Assembly (NCBI RefSeq): GCF_018977255.1
Contig: NW_024705084.1
Location: 1-64,000 of the forward strand
Direction of reading: 5' to 3'
Source of the DNA: Callorhinchus milii
Taxonomy: Eukaryota
DNA: 64,000 nucleotides
The position numbers and the translations under genes are program-made. Below the pieces are notes generated by a model. That model saw nothing but the letters and a program-made list of their open reading frames with translations. It did not search any database and was not told the DNA's origin. Of the stretch, positions 1 through 13,086 are shown piece after piece. The first letter of the stretch is position 1. Each line of letters begins with the position of its first letter.

Positions 1-142
1 CCCCCCCCCACTCTCTCTCTCTCTCTCTCTCTCTCTGCGTCGTCACGCGACCCCCCCCCCCACCCTCCCGGTGCAAAATAGCTCCCGCGAAGGCCCTGAC
101 ATGGCCTCTTTTATGCGGAGAGCCGGTAAATGACACCGCGAT

Positions 143-206
143 CATTCCCATATTAGGAAGTCCCTGAGATGAAGCTCGTTCCAGGCTCAAACTTACCCAT
201 ATATGG
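143..206. promoter_or_regulatory. Two CArG (SRF) boxes with overlapping TEAD- and ETS-like motifs
   Basis: CCATATTAGG 148-157 and CCATATATGG 197-206 both fit CC(A/T)6GG; CATTCC 143-148; AGGAAGT 155-161. Confidence 0.6.
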
Positions 207-664
207 CCTCAGACAGTCTTCCTATCCCATCATTGGCTTAGGTCCACCGTCACCCAAATTCCCTGGAGATAAAAAGAGAAATAAACCATTTAACTCCCGG
301 TTAGATGCATTCCCCCTTCTCCCCCCCAACCCCCACCCCCTCCCCGTGCGTCCCTCTGGAGAACAAGTCACCTCCGTTCCGTGCGTCTTAAGCTCACGTT
401 TCTTTACGTGCCGTTGACCGCCCCCGTTGCCCGTTGGCTAAGACGCTTTGCCCCCAAAGTGCCCCCACGTCTACGCAGCAAACTGTGCCGTTGCCCCACC
501 CCCCCCACCCACCCCCACCCCCCTCTCCCCCCTTTAATAAAGGAGGATAACCGGTTTGCGTTTGATACGGCGCTTTATCGGGTCTTCCGATAATTAATCG
601 AACAGTCGGTATAGCGGTATATGGGCCTTGACGCTGGTCTGCGGGAGGGAGGGAGGGAGGGAGG

Positions 665-3600
665 GAGTGACGGAGGTCAGTGTGAGTGGTCAGTGTGCGT
701 GAGTGAGCGTGGTCAGTGTCAAGGAGGTCAGTGTGAGTGACGGAACGCGTGTGGTCAGTTTGAGTGAGTGATGAGTGGTCAGTGGGAGTGAGTGAGTGAG
801 GAGGTCAGTGTGAGTGAGTGTGGTCAGTGTGAGTGAGTGTGGTCAGTGTGAGTGAGGAGGTCAGTGTGAGTGAGGAGGTCAGTGTGATTGAGTGTGGTCA
901 GTGTGAGTGAGGAGGTCAGTGTGAGTGAGTGAGGAGGTCAGTGTGAGTGAGTGTGGTCAGTGTGAGTGGTCAGTGTGAGTGAGTGAGTGAGTGAGGAGGT
1001 CAGTGTGAGTGAGTGTGGTCAGTGTGAGTGAGGAGGTCAGTGTGAGTGAGTGAGGAGGTCAGTGTGAGTGAGTGTGGTCAGTGTGAGTGGTCAGTGTGAG
1101 TGAGTGTGAGTGAGTGTGGTCAGTGTGAGTGAGTGAGAAGGTCAGTATGAGTGAGGAGGTCAGTGTGAGTGAGTGCAGTGAGGAGGTCAGTGTGAGGGAA
1201 AGAGTGGAGTGAGGTCAGTGTGAGTGAGGGAGTGAGTGAGGAAGTCAGTGTGAGGGAGTGAGGAGGTTAGGGTGAGGGAGTGAGTGAGTGAGGGAGGAGG
1301 AGCTCAGTGTGAGTGATGGAGTGAGTGGAGTGAGGAGGTCAGTGCGAGTGAGTGATTGGAGTGAGGTCAGTGTGAGGGAGTGAGTGAGGGAGGAGCTCAG
1401 TGTGAGTGAGTGGAGTAAGGTCAGTGTGAGTGAGGGAGTGGAGTGAGGTCTGTGTGAGTGGAGTGAGTGAGTGGAGTGAGGTCAGTGTGAGTGAGGGAGT
1501 GGAGTGAGGAGGTCAGTGTGAGTGAGGGAGTGGAGTGAGGAGGTCAGTGTGAGTAATGAGGGAGTGAGGAGGTCAGTGTGAGTGGAGTGAGTGAGTGGAG
1601 TGAGGAGGTCAGTGTAAGGGAGTGAGTGGAGTGAGGAGGTCAGTGTGAGGGAGTGAGTGGAGTGAGGAGGTCAGTTTGAGGAAGTGAGTGGAGAGAATGA
1701 GGAGGTCAGTGTGAGTGAGCGAGTGGAGTGAGGGGGTCAGTGTCAGTGAGGGAGTGGAGTGAGGAGGTCAGTGTGAGTGAGTGAGGCGGTCAGTGTGAGT
1801 GAGTGGAGTGAGTGAGGTCAGTGTGAGTGAGTGAGTGAGGGAGTGAGTGAGTGAGGAGGTCAGTGTGAGTGGAGTGAGGTCAGTGTGAGTGAGTAAGGCG
1901 GTCAGTGTGAGTGAGTGAGTGAGTGGAGTGAGTGAGGAGGTCAGTGTGAGTGGAGTGAGGAGGTCAGTGTGAGTGAGTGGAGTGAGGAGGTCAGTGTGAG
2001 TGAGTGAGTGAGTGGAGTGAGTGAGGAGGTCAGTGTGAGTGAGTGAATGGAGTGAGGTGAGTGTGAGTAAGTGAGTGAGTGAGTTGAGGAGGTCAGTGTG
2101 AGGGAGTGAGTGGAGTGAGGAGGTCAGTGTGAGGGAGTGAGTGAGTGGAGTGAGTGAGGAGGTGAGTGTGAGTGAGTAAGTGAGTGGAGTAGAGTGAGGA
2201 GGTCAGTGTGAGGGAGTGAGTGAGGAGGTGAGTGAGTGGAGTGAGTGAGGTCAGTGTCAGTGAGGGAGTGGAGTGAGGGAGTGGAGTGAGTGAGGAGGTC
2301 AGTGTCAGTAGAGTGAGTGGGTGGAGTAATTGAAGAAGTCAGTGTGAGTGGAGTGAGTGAGGAGGTCAGTGTGAGTGAGTGAGTGAGTGAGGAGGTCAGT
2401 GTGAGGCAGGGAGTGAGTGTAGTGGAGTGAGGAGGTCAGTGTGAGTGAGTGAGTGAGTGAGTGAGTGAGTGAGTGAGTGAGTGAGGAGGTCAGTGTGAGG
2501 GAGGGAGTGAGTGTAGTGGAGTGAGGATGTCAGTGTGAGTGAGGGAGTGAGTGAGGAAGTTCAGTGTGAGGGAGTGAGTGAGTGGAGTGAAGAGGTCAGT
2601 GTGAGGGAGTGTGTGAGTGTAGTGAGGAGGTCAGTGTGAGTGAGTGGAGTGAGTGAGTGAGGAGGTCAGTGTGAGTGAGTAGAGTGAGTGAGTGAGGAAG
2701 TTCAGTGTGAGGGAGTGTGTGAGTGGGGTGAAGAGGTCAGTGTGAGGGAGTGAGTATAGTGGAGTGAGGAGGTCAGTGTGAGTGAGTGAAGTGAGTGAGT
2801 GAGGTCAGTGTGACGGAGTGAGTGGAGTGAGGGAGTGGAGTGAGTGGAGTGAGGAGGTGAGTGAGTGAGGTTCAGTGTGAGTGGAGTGAGTGAGGATGTC
2901 AGTGTGAGTGGAGTGAGTGGAGTGAGTTAGGAGGTGAGTGTGAGTGGAGTGAGGTGAGTGAGTGGAGTGAGGTGAGTGAGTGGAGTGAGGTCAGTGTGAG
3001 TGGAGTGAGTGAGTGGAGTGAGGAGGTGAGTGTGAGTGAGGTGAGTGGAGTGAGGTGAGTGAGGAGGTGAGTGAGTGGAGTGAGGAGGTGAGTGAATGGA
3101 GTGAGTGAGGAGGTGAGTGAATGGAGTGGAGTGAGGAGGTGAGTGTGAGGAGGTGAGTGAGTGGAGTGAGTGAGTTGAGTGGAGTGGGGAGGTGAGTGAG
3201 TGGAGTGAGGAGGTGAGTGGGTGGAGTGAGTGAGTGGAGTGAGGAGTGTGGAGTGGGTAGAGCGGAGTGAGGTGAGTGAGGAGGTGAGTGGAGTGAAGTG
3301 AGTGAGTGGAGTGAGGCGATCAGTGTGAGTGGAGTGAGTGAGGAGGTGAGTGGAGTGAGGAGGTCAGTGTGAGTGGAGTGAGGAGGTCAGTGTGAGTGGA
3401 GTGAGGAGGTCAGTGTGAGTGGAGTGAGGAGGTCAGTGTGAGTGAGTGAGTGGAGTGAGGAGGTCAGTGTGAGTGAGTGGGTGAGTGAGTGAGGAGGTCA
3501 GTGTGAGTGGAGTGAGGAGGTCAGTGTGAGTGAGTGAGTGGAGTGAGGAGGTCAGTGTGAGTGAGTGGAGTGAGTGAGGAGGTCAGTGTGAGTGAGTGAA

Positions 3601-4015
3601 TGGAGTGAGACGGTCAGTGTGAGTGGAGTGAGGAGGTGAGTGAGTGAGTGAGTGGAGTGAGTGAGGAGGTCAGTGTGAGTGAGTGAGTGAGTGGAGTGAG
3701 ACGGTCAGTGTGAGTGGAGTGAGGAGGTGAGTGAATGGAGTGGAGTGAGTGAGGAGCTGAGTGAATGGAGTGGAGTGAGTGAGGAGCTGAGTGAATGGAG
3801 TGGAGTGAGTGAGGAGGTGAGTGAATGGAGTGGAGTGAGGAGGTGAGTGAATGGAGTTGAATGGAGTGGAGTGAGGAGCTGAGTGAATGGAGTGGAGTGG
3901 AGTGAGGAGGTGAGTGAGGAGTGGAGTGAGGAGTGAGTGAGGAGGTGAGTGAGGAGGTGAGTGAGGAGGTGTGAGTGAGGAGGTGAGTGAGTGAGTGCGG
4001 AGGCGAGTGGGAGTG
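665..4015 (+). repeat. ~3.3-kb GAGT/GGAGT/AGGTCAGTGT satellite-like array
   Basis: Irregular tandem units such as gaggaggtcagtgtgagtgagtgga, C-poor on the + strand. Confidence 0.95.
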
Positions 4016-4019
4016 GAGC

Positions 4020-4251
4020 GAACAACTGACCAACGGGACGACCGCCCGACGACCGCCTGACTACACCTCCCAGACTGCCCCGCGCCGCCCCGGCCCCGCC
4101 CCCCCCCCCCCCCCCCCCTCCCGCCTCCCGCCCAACGGTTTTTTCCTTCCAGCATTTTCCACGCAGTCAGTCCCAGAGTCCGGTCACCGCCGCGGCGTCG
4201 CCTCACACCTCGAGTCCCCCTTCTCTGCGTCTCTCTCTCTCACTCGACAAC
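4020..4251 (+). promoter_or_regulatory. Cofilin CpG-rich proximal promoter/5'UTR
   Basis: CpG-rich with GC boxes (ggccccgccc ~4092, cccgccc ~4126) directly upstream of the ATG-only exon. Confidence 0.6.
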
Positions 4252-4274
4252 ATGGTACGTGTGAGGGTTTTTTT

Positions 4275-4307
<33 letters not shown>

Positions 4308-7300
4308 TTATATCGTCATTTTTATTTAAAAAAAAGAGGGATTCAATTAATTTAATTTAATGTGATGAATCGATTCATTGGGGCCGTGATTTTCTTTCGA
4401 GGCGGCGGTCGAAATCGTCGTCGTTCGCGGCGGCGGTGGAGAGAGAGAGAGAGAGAGAGAATGAATTGTTAATTATTCGTATTTATTTTGTCTTTTTTTT
4501 TTCTTCTCCCCCTTTTTTTTTGGGGTGTGTGTGTGTGTGTGTGTGTGTGGGGTATGTCGGTTGGTCGTGATTCTGGGGGTGTGGGGGGGAAATAAAGCAA
4601 ATTATCCTTATTCATTGCTAATATTATTTCTAATTATAAGGGATTAAAATGCTGAATTATTATTCTGTTATTAAATCATATTATTGTTGATGTGGTGGTG
4701 GTGGAGAGGGTTCATTTTGTCGTCAAAATGAGAGGTGCACTTCTTCGCCTCTTAACCCTCAGTTCAGTTTCAGTCGCATATTCTGTGTGTGTTTTTATTA
4801 TTATATTATTATTATATTATTATTATAATTATTTTATTTGTGTGTTTAAAAAAAGAGAGAGAATTAATTCTCCTCCTCCTTCGTGTTGTTGTGCTGCTTA
4901 GCGTTTAGTGTAGTTGTCATCCAAAAATGGCTGTTTTTTTTTGAAAAAAAGAGAATGAATTATTATTATTATTATTATTATTAATTTTTCTTTCATTAAT
5001 AGTGTCGCTTTCCTGATTTTTTTTTTGGTGGCGGTGGTGAGGTGGTGGGGGGGAGGAGGAAAGGGGGTTAACTTGTCGTCGGGCAAACGAGTTGCGTGTC
5101 TCGACGGTTTAGTTAATCTTTAGTCTTTGTGGGTGTAAAGAGAGAGAGAGAACGAATTATAATTATTATTATTATTATTATTATTGTTTTCCTGGTGGTT
5201 TTTGTGGGGCGGACCGAAACGGACCGATTCGAGCTCCTCAGTAAGTCTTCACGTGCGAGAGAGAGAGAGAAGAGAGAAGAGAGAGAGAGACTACTCTATA
5301 TATAGCTGTGAAAAAAAAAGTTCATTGTATTTTATTCTTAATGTTTTTTTTTGTTTCCTGGTGGGTTTGCGTGAGGTGCTTTTGGGGGGTCTCTCACTCT
5401 CCGACTCACTGCGTCTCCCCTTCTCGCTGTCTGTGTCACCGTTTGTGTGTCTTCGTGTCACCGTTTGTGTGTGTGTCTTTGTGTCACCATTTGTGTGTCT
5501 CTCACACTCTCTCTCTCTCTCTCACACTCTCTGTCTCATTGCGTCTCTCCCCCCCCCTCCCTTTCTCGCTCAAAATGGGCTGATTTGAGCTCCTGAGTTA
5601 GCCTTCATCATCTCTGTGCGAGAGAGCGAGAGGCGACCATATAGAGCTGTGAAAAAAAGTTCATTGTATTTTATTATTAATATTTTTTGTTTCCTGGTGG
5701 GTTTTGTGAGGTGCTTTTGGGGGTCTCTCACTCTCTCACTCTCTGTCTCATTGCGTCGCTCCTTCTCGCTGTCTGTGTCACCGTTTGTGTGTCTCTGTGT
5801 CACCGTTTGTGTCTCTCTCTCTCATTCACTCTGTCTCATTGCGTCTCCCTCCCTTTCTCGCTGTCTGTGTCTCGCTCTCTCTGTTTCATTGTGTGCATCT
5901 CTTACCCTTTATTTCTGTCCGTGTCACTGTGTGTGTGTGTGTGTGTGTCTCGTGTGCGCTCTGTCTCATTGCGTATGTCTCCCTTTCTCTCTGTCTCCCT
6001 TTCTGTGGGTCTATCTGTCTCATTGTGTGTGTATCCCCTTCCCTTTTCTGTGTCGGTCTCTCGCTCTCCCTTTGTCACTCTGAGTGTGCAGATCTCTCTC
6101 TTTTTTTTCTCTGTGGATTTCTTTCTCTCGTCTCTCCCTCTCTGGTTAGCGTGTGATTTGTTGGGCATGTTTTAAGCCTCGGGCTATTTTTTTTAAACAA
6201 ATCCTTTTGTTGCAACAAAGGCGATCAAGATTTTTTTTCCCTGAAAAGGAATCTGCTTTTCAGACATTTACATTTTTCTGCTTAACGTTTAAAACATCCG
6301 GCAGACCAGACCATCCGCCCTCACAATCACACTAACCTCCAGAATAACATTAGATTTCAATTGCTGAGAACCTTAATTTCTCTGCGACATTTTTACCTTT
6401 TTATTTCCCCCTCCCCTCCCCCAACACCCTATCTGCGTATTTTATATTAATTTCCTTGCGAGGGTTTTGTTTTGTTAGTTGCAGACCCGCACTGGTCAGT
6501 TTTGTATCTTTGCAAGATCTTTGTTCATTTGATAACAAGAATTCTGTTCATATTTTGAATTCGAATTCCCTTCCCGATTTTCCATTTTATTTCTCCTTTG
6601 CAATGTTTGGTTTTACTTGAACTCATTTATTTAAAATAAAAGTTCTGTCGGATTTTTAGATTACAAAATTCTCATTCCTGTGTCGGATTAATATTTCCCG
6701 TTGCAAAAAAAAATTAGGTTTGACATTTCAATGGGGATTGGAAATGTGATATCTGTGGGTCACCTTGAATGGACTCGCTTTGCTTTTTAGCATCAGTGTT
6801 GTCATGAAGGAATATTTATGTTTGAGAGCTAGGCCTCTGCAGTGGGAGCGCCCACCCTCCCACACACCCCCCCCCCCCCCCTTCTCCTCATTGCAGTTGA
6901 TGTGCAGGGAACAGAAGCTGCATCTCACTAAAATGGCGACCCGCAGTCTGCTTACAGTTGGGTTTTTAGTTGCAGTGTCAGTTTCTAATCAATAAAGCTG
7001 GAGCGGATTTTAAAATGGTCGTTTAGGCATTCATTTTAGGGAGAGTTGGCAGCCTCCACCTTTCCTGCGCACAACCTTTTTTGTGCAAAAGTGCTGTGTT
7101 AACAGGGAGCCGATGTTAAAGCTAACAATAAAACCATTATCAATCCTGTATCAGTCATTTGCACCTCTCGCCCGGTTTCTTAATTTTAACAAAACACTGC
7201 GTGACTTGAACGCAATACCTACCTGTTTTCCACTCCTCCTACAATGTACAGCCTTTTAAGCCTCCAGCTTTCTATCCCCTAATTAATTCAAAATGCCTTT

Positions 7301-10300
7301 CTCTTTAACTATAATGGTGAATTATCACTTGAACATAATCTATAGTAAGCTGCAACTTGAATTCCCGAATAGGGGGTCTTGGGTTCTCTTTCTGCAGCTG
7401 CAGATTTGACTAAAGATGGAGCAGTCTGTTACATGGACACAGTCGTTTCTTTTTGTTCTCCATTAAGATGAGCTCATAGTGAAAAAACGGGATGCTTGAT
7501 CTGTCTCAGTACCCTAGCAACAGATAAAATATGCCCTCTAGGGGCATCAGGGAAAGGCAGCAGTGATGCAGCATTGTTACTTTCAATGATACTCGAACGA
7601 CGCCCATGGATCTTTAATCACAGAATCGTACAGCACAAAAAGAGGCCATTTGGCCCATCGAGTCTGTGCGGCTCTTTGAAAAGAGCAATGCAATGTCAAT
7701 CCCACTCCCCGGCCCTTTCCCCATAACCCACCAACCCGTCCTCCTCAAAAAAGTAGTTATCGAATCGGCCTCCACCGCCCTTTCAGGCGACGCTTCCAGA
7801 TTCGAACAACTCGCTGCGTGGAAAAAAAATTCTTCGCACCTCCCCTCGGCTTCTTTCAGAGACTATTTTGAATCTGTGACCTCGAGTCACCGACACACCC
7901 ACCAGTGGGAACAGTTTTTCCCTTTCTAACCCTCATGATATTGAAGACCTCTATCAGGTCCTCGTAACCTTCTCTGCTCCAATGAGAATAATCCCGGCCT
8001 CTCCAGCCTTTCCTCATCATCACGGTCCCTCATTCCTGGTACCATCCTCGTAAATCCCTCTGCACCCTTTCCAATGCCTTAACATCCTTCCTATAGTGCG
8101 GTGCCCAGAACTGGGCGCAGTATTCTAACATACCATGAGTTTCACTTTCAGGAACTTTACAACCCATTCCCCCTGTCTGTCAAACTAATTTAGCTCTGAT
8201 TTGTAAAAGAGAACCCCATACAGTACTCTGGAGGTTCAAACTCAGCTGAGTTGATGCTAATACTTTATAGGATTGAGATCGAATTGGTGCAGAAAAGAGT
8301 TAACTCTTTTCAATGGCTTCTCATAATTGAAATTGCATTCTTGTCTCAAAATGTTTGGAGGGTGGGAGAGCGAAAGAGATTTTATATGGATACTTCTGCT
8401 ATCTACTGCCTTACCCCTTAGTCTGGGGCTGTGGGGTTATGAGAGAAGGCAGAAGCTATGTCCAAGACTATTGCTGAATGATAAAATGAGTAAAAACCTC
8501 TAAACTTTAGTTTTACTATCGTGGTTGTGCCAACAAGTACCAGAAGGGAATTTGTAAATTTAATTCTGTGTAACGCTTTGAGACGTCTCAACGAAGTAGA
8601 ATGTAGAATATCTGGAATGCACTGCCTGAAAAAGGGGTAGTGGAAACAGATTCAATAACAGCTGTGGAAACAGATTCAAGAACAATTCTGTGAAGCACTT
8701 TGAGACTTCTGGAAGACGTGAAAAGCGCGACATCAAATGCAGGGATTATCATCATTGTTAACTTTCAAGAGTTGAGGGAAAAGAGGAAAAAATTGCAAGG
8801 ATATGGGGGAAGAGCGGCCGAGTGGGTCCAGTTGGTTGCTCTGCCAAAGAAGAGGCACAGGCACGATGGGCCGAATGGCCTCTTGTTGTGCTGTTATATT
8901 GTATGATTCTAATGGGGAGGTCAAACGTTGCTTAATTATAGATTTGTTCCAACGCCTTTTCGAATGTTCTGTGTGAGTTGCTTTTATCGAAAGGCCACAA
9001 GATTGACGAATCTGAATAACAGTCACAATCTTGCAGTTGATACAGCGCCTTATCTCGTCTTCCAGACGTCGCAAAGCACTTCACAGGATTTACTGTGAAG
9101 TGTTTTGACTTATTTTGTAGGCGAATAGAATTGCAACCCACAGTCTTCCAGGGAAAAGGAGATACTGTTCGAATTCGTAACCAACATCTTCTTTCAGCTA
9201 AAATGTCTGACTTGATTGTGTTCCCAGTGGGGCATGAGTCGGGTGGTAAAACTACCTGTAACGAGAGACTAATTGGAAAGTATCCCAGAGAGAGAGAGAG
9301 AGAGAGAGCTCACAAGGAGTCATGAAAACGCAATGTCATGTTGCTGATGTAAATGTGCATTATTTTTGCAGTGAACCCTGTCTCCAGACACCACACAAAT
9401 GACTCGGGGTTGAACGTGCACAAAGCCAAGTCATGCTGTGTGCCGCTGTGATGCCAAGCTGGAATGAAACGTGTACTCCAGATGATGGCCAGAAAAGTGT
9501 GGAGGGGGGGGGGAGTGCGGGGGGGGAATCCTTCCACTCGCTCCTGTTTAACCCTGGAAGCCAAAGCCCTAACAGTAGGGCGGGAAAGCTTGCCAGACAG
9601 CGCTCTCAGTGGCAAACTATCCAGTTTTAGCTGGTCAGACTCCCAACAGTTACCACAACGCACACTCTGGGCCCCTCCCACGCCTTGGCTCGCGCCTCTA
9701 GGCTTGATATTCTCCAGAATTAGGTAAGCCACGTGCGTCCCTCCAGGGAGCGAGAGCGCATCCAGTCTCAGTGAATGTCTCTGGAATTTCCACGTGTAGG
9801 TGGGAGGCATGGAATTATTCTCAGTTGGGTTTGGAGACTCTCTTGAGCGCGGCGATGGATTTCCGCGCGCGTCAGACACCCGGCCTGGTCGCCCCAAAAA
9901 GAAAGGGACGTGACACGACCTCTCTTGTTAACTTCCATCCGCAGACATCGGGCATTGAAGTAACTGAGGAGGTCATCACGGTGTTCAATGAGATGAAAGT
10001 GAGAAAATCGTCATGCAGTCAAGAGGAGATGAGAAAGCGAAAGAAGGCCGTGTTCTTCCGCTTGAGCGATGACCTCTCGCGGATCGTACTGGATCCGGAG
10101 AACGAGATTGTACTCGGAGACATCCTGGACGGGGTCGTGGTTAACCCCTTCGAAACTTTTACAAAAATGCTCCCCCCCACAGACTGTCGCTACGCCCTCT
10201 ACGACGCAAAGTACGAGACAAAAGAGACCAAGAAGGAAGAATTGGTTTTTGTGATGTGGTCAGTGGCCGTTTTAATTCGTTTCTGGGTCTTAACTGTCTG

Positions 10301-13086
10301 TTGACGGGGGGGGGGGGGGGGTGGGAGGGGGTGAAGAGAGCGAGAACACAGGGCTCATAGATTTTAAAAACTCACCAAGAATTGGTGTGCCCCGACCTGC
10401 TCTGTGTCCCCCACTTTGCCCGCCCCACCATCAGCAGTCAGGCCTTCAGCCTCTCTGCCCCCCACCCCCTGAAATTCCATCCCACAGTCCCTCTGCCTCA
10501 TCCCTTCTCTCCTTCAAGGGTCTCAAGACCCTCCTCTTGAACCGCGCCTTTGTTCACCCTCCTACCCCCACCCTCCCTGCCCTCCACTCCTCTTGATCCC
10601 AACCCCCAGCTCAGGTCCAGCACCTCGGGACGTCCTCCTGCTGTGAATCTTACCGCACACAAGGAGGCCATTCAGCCCACCGAGCCTGTGCCAGCTCTTT
10701 AAAAGAACTAACAACTAGTTCCACTCGCCCGCTCTTATCCCAAAGCCTTGCACATGTTTCCTTTTCAAGAAAATATCCAATTCCCTTTTAAAAGCTATTA
10801 TCGAATCTGCTTCAGGCAGTGGGTTCCAGACCGTAACAACTCTCTGTAAAAACATGTCCTCCGCGTCTCCCCTCTGGTTCTTTTGCCAATTACCGTAAAT
10901 CTGTGGCCTCTGGTTACCGACCCACCCATCAGAGGAAACAGTTTCCCCCTATCTACTGTATCAAAACCCCTCATAATTCTGAACCCCTCTATTAATTCTC
11001 CCCTTAACCTTCTCTGCTGTGAGGAGAACAGTCCCAGCCTCCAGTCTAGTCTCTCCACATGACTGAAGTCCCTTATCTCTGGTATCTTTGACACAGAGAG
11101 ATGGGTTTTTGGGAAGGGAAGTAGAGGAAGGACACTTGGGACTGGTTCTCTCTCCCTCGCACACACCCAGGAGGATATTGTTGGGATGGAGGAGGGGCGG
11201 GGAAGGGGGCTACTAAGTATGCAAAGGAAATATTAGCCAGAACGCCCAGTTGTTTTACTTGAGTTGTTCTCTAACTTCAGGGCTCCGGAAAATGCGCCTC
11301 TTAAAAGCAAAATGCTATACGCCAGCTCCAAGGACGCAATCAAGCGGAAGCTCACAGGTAACCAACACTCTCCTGGACCGGCCCCCGTCAGGGGACTCGG
11401 GTCAAATTCCTGGCCCGCAGAAGGTTAAATATTAATGAATGTTCTATTCTTAAACTTCAACCTGCGTAAAATAAGCATCTAAAGATATTTGCGGAGGCCT
11501 TTATTGTAGTGCTTATCGAGCTCGCAAGAGAACAGCTGGGTTTAATTCACGGGCGGGTCAGGTTAGGGCTGAAACTCAGGCAAGTTTGCTCACTCCGCAC
11601 ACACGCACACGCACACACACACACACACACACGGGCCTCTGTTTACCCAGCAATCCACGATTATTTGCAGCTGTGAGCAATTGGCTGCTGCCTTTCACCC
11701 ACAAGCTACACAGTCACTACATTTTATCAACATCTTGGGATCCAGTGGAAAGTCTGGGACGCGACACGTGCAAGCGACTGCCATGACGGCGGAAGGCGAA
11801 CCGGACGGACCTTTGGTCGAGCAAATTCCTATGTTCACATCCTAACATTGACCCTTCTAAAAAAAAAAAAAATGTTGGCGTCAACGGAATAACTTTTAAT
11901 ACTGTATACAACTCAACAGTTATATTGGCTCTTAAAGGCCATAGTTGGCAGTGAGAGAGAGATCCTGAAACATAGCAGATACACATCCAAACTGATCTGC
12001 GAGCGAGAAAGCATTTGTTGACGTAGGCAAAAACCTTGACTTGCCAACATTTTAGCGCCGGGGAATTTGCGCAACTGGCACCGACTTAACCCCAGCGCTT
12101 GTCTAGATGTTCGGAGGCACAATGCCAGGTGGCGTTTCTATGGAGATTTATTACCCTGGGCATTGCTGGCACCTCAGCACAATAACAATTACAGCAGCAC
12201 AGGCCGATCGGTCTCGACAACACAACAACAATTTGCATCCCAGAGTGCTCGACAGACGCTTACACGCCGGTTTAATTAAGACTCTCACCTGGGTCTGAAG
12301 GTCGTGGGTCCGAACTCCGCACCGCAACTCGAGCTCAGACTCCCGCTCGACTTCAGTGCGGCGATGAGCTCGATGACGTGCTTCAAGAGACGTTTAAACC
12401 ATTGGCTCTTGGTTGGGTATTTCTCCCTAAAAAAATGTTGGTGGCGCGATCTCACCGCGGGCGGGACTCTGCCGGCAATTGCCGACGGGTCACCGCGCTT
12501 CACAGCGACGGTCCCTGCGGGAAGGGAATCCTCCCGCTCGGCTGCTGTTGACTCTGCAGCCGAAGCCCTTCGCGGGGAGGGTGGCCCGAGCTGGACGAGC
12601 AGCGGCCGAGCCGTGCGCGGGTGCAGCCGCAGTCACCCCGACACGCACTCTGGGCTCCCCCCCAAGCCTTGGCTCTCGCCAACCTGTGCCTAATACTCCC
12701 CGGAATTAGGTAAGCAGGGGGGGCGTCCCCTCTAGGGAGGGAGAGAGAGAGAGAGAGCGTATTCCATTCCAACGGTATCCGAGAGGTCGGGTACAGGGAA
12801 TTCTCAGGTGGGTTTGGAGACTGTGTGTGTGTCAGACACCCGTCTGATCCCCCAAACGTTCACGGCAACACCGCGCAGGCGCGCGTGAAGCGCTCGGCGC
12901 CGAGTTTCTGCGGTCCCGTCGCGCCTTCTGCGGCGCACCGCTTTGACCAGCGGCCTCCCTCTCGTTGCAGGGATCAAGCACGAGTGGCAACTGAACAGCC
13001 TGGACGACATCCTGGACCTGGATAACTTGGCCGTGAAACTGGGCGGCAACAAGGTGGTGTCCGTGGAAGAAATCAAAGTGAAATAG
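4252..13086 (+). CDS. CFL1: Cofilin (ADF/cofilin family), CFL1 by synteny; 4 coding exons, 169 aa
   Basis: Exons 4252-4254 (ATG only, then GT), 9945-10258, 11281-11357, 12971-13086 (TAG); all GT-AG, phases consistent, 510 nt. Protein [24 protein letters not shown]...RKRKKAVFF...[60 protein letters not shown]...; ATG-only exon 1 and 77-nt exon 3 match vertebrate cofilin structure. Tail-to-tail with SNX32 as for human CFL1; C-terminus is more CFL2-like. Confidence 0.9.
5255..5860 (+). repeat. Local ~340-bp tandem duplication in cofilin intron 1
   Basis: agctgtgaaaaaaa(a)gttcattgtattttatt...gtttcctggtgggtttg...gtcaccgtttgtgtgtc occurs at ~5304 and ~5646. Confidence 0.75.
7615..8125 (-). mobile_element. 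CR1-type LINE 3' fragment
   Basis: ggccatttggcccatcgagtctg...aaccttctctgctccaatgagaataatccc...gtgcccagaactgg, reverse complement of a CR1 ORF2 end and 3'UTR. Confidence 0.7.
8600..8900 (+). mobile_element. CR1-type 3' fragment interrupted by a SINE tail
   Basis: tggaatgcactgcctgaaa...gtggaaacagattcaata...ggcacgatgggccgaatggcctc; SINE tail at ~8685-8760. Confidence 0.55.
10650..11085 (-). mobile_element. CR1-type LINE ORF2 C-terminus and 3'UTR fragment
   Basis: Minus ORF 10798..11166 contains [27 protein letters not shown]...TRGHRF, the typical CR1 RT C-terminal signature. Confidence 0.85.

Noticed and set aside
3614-4206. Minus-strand ORFs of 106-178 aa
   Set aside because: Satellite translation.
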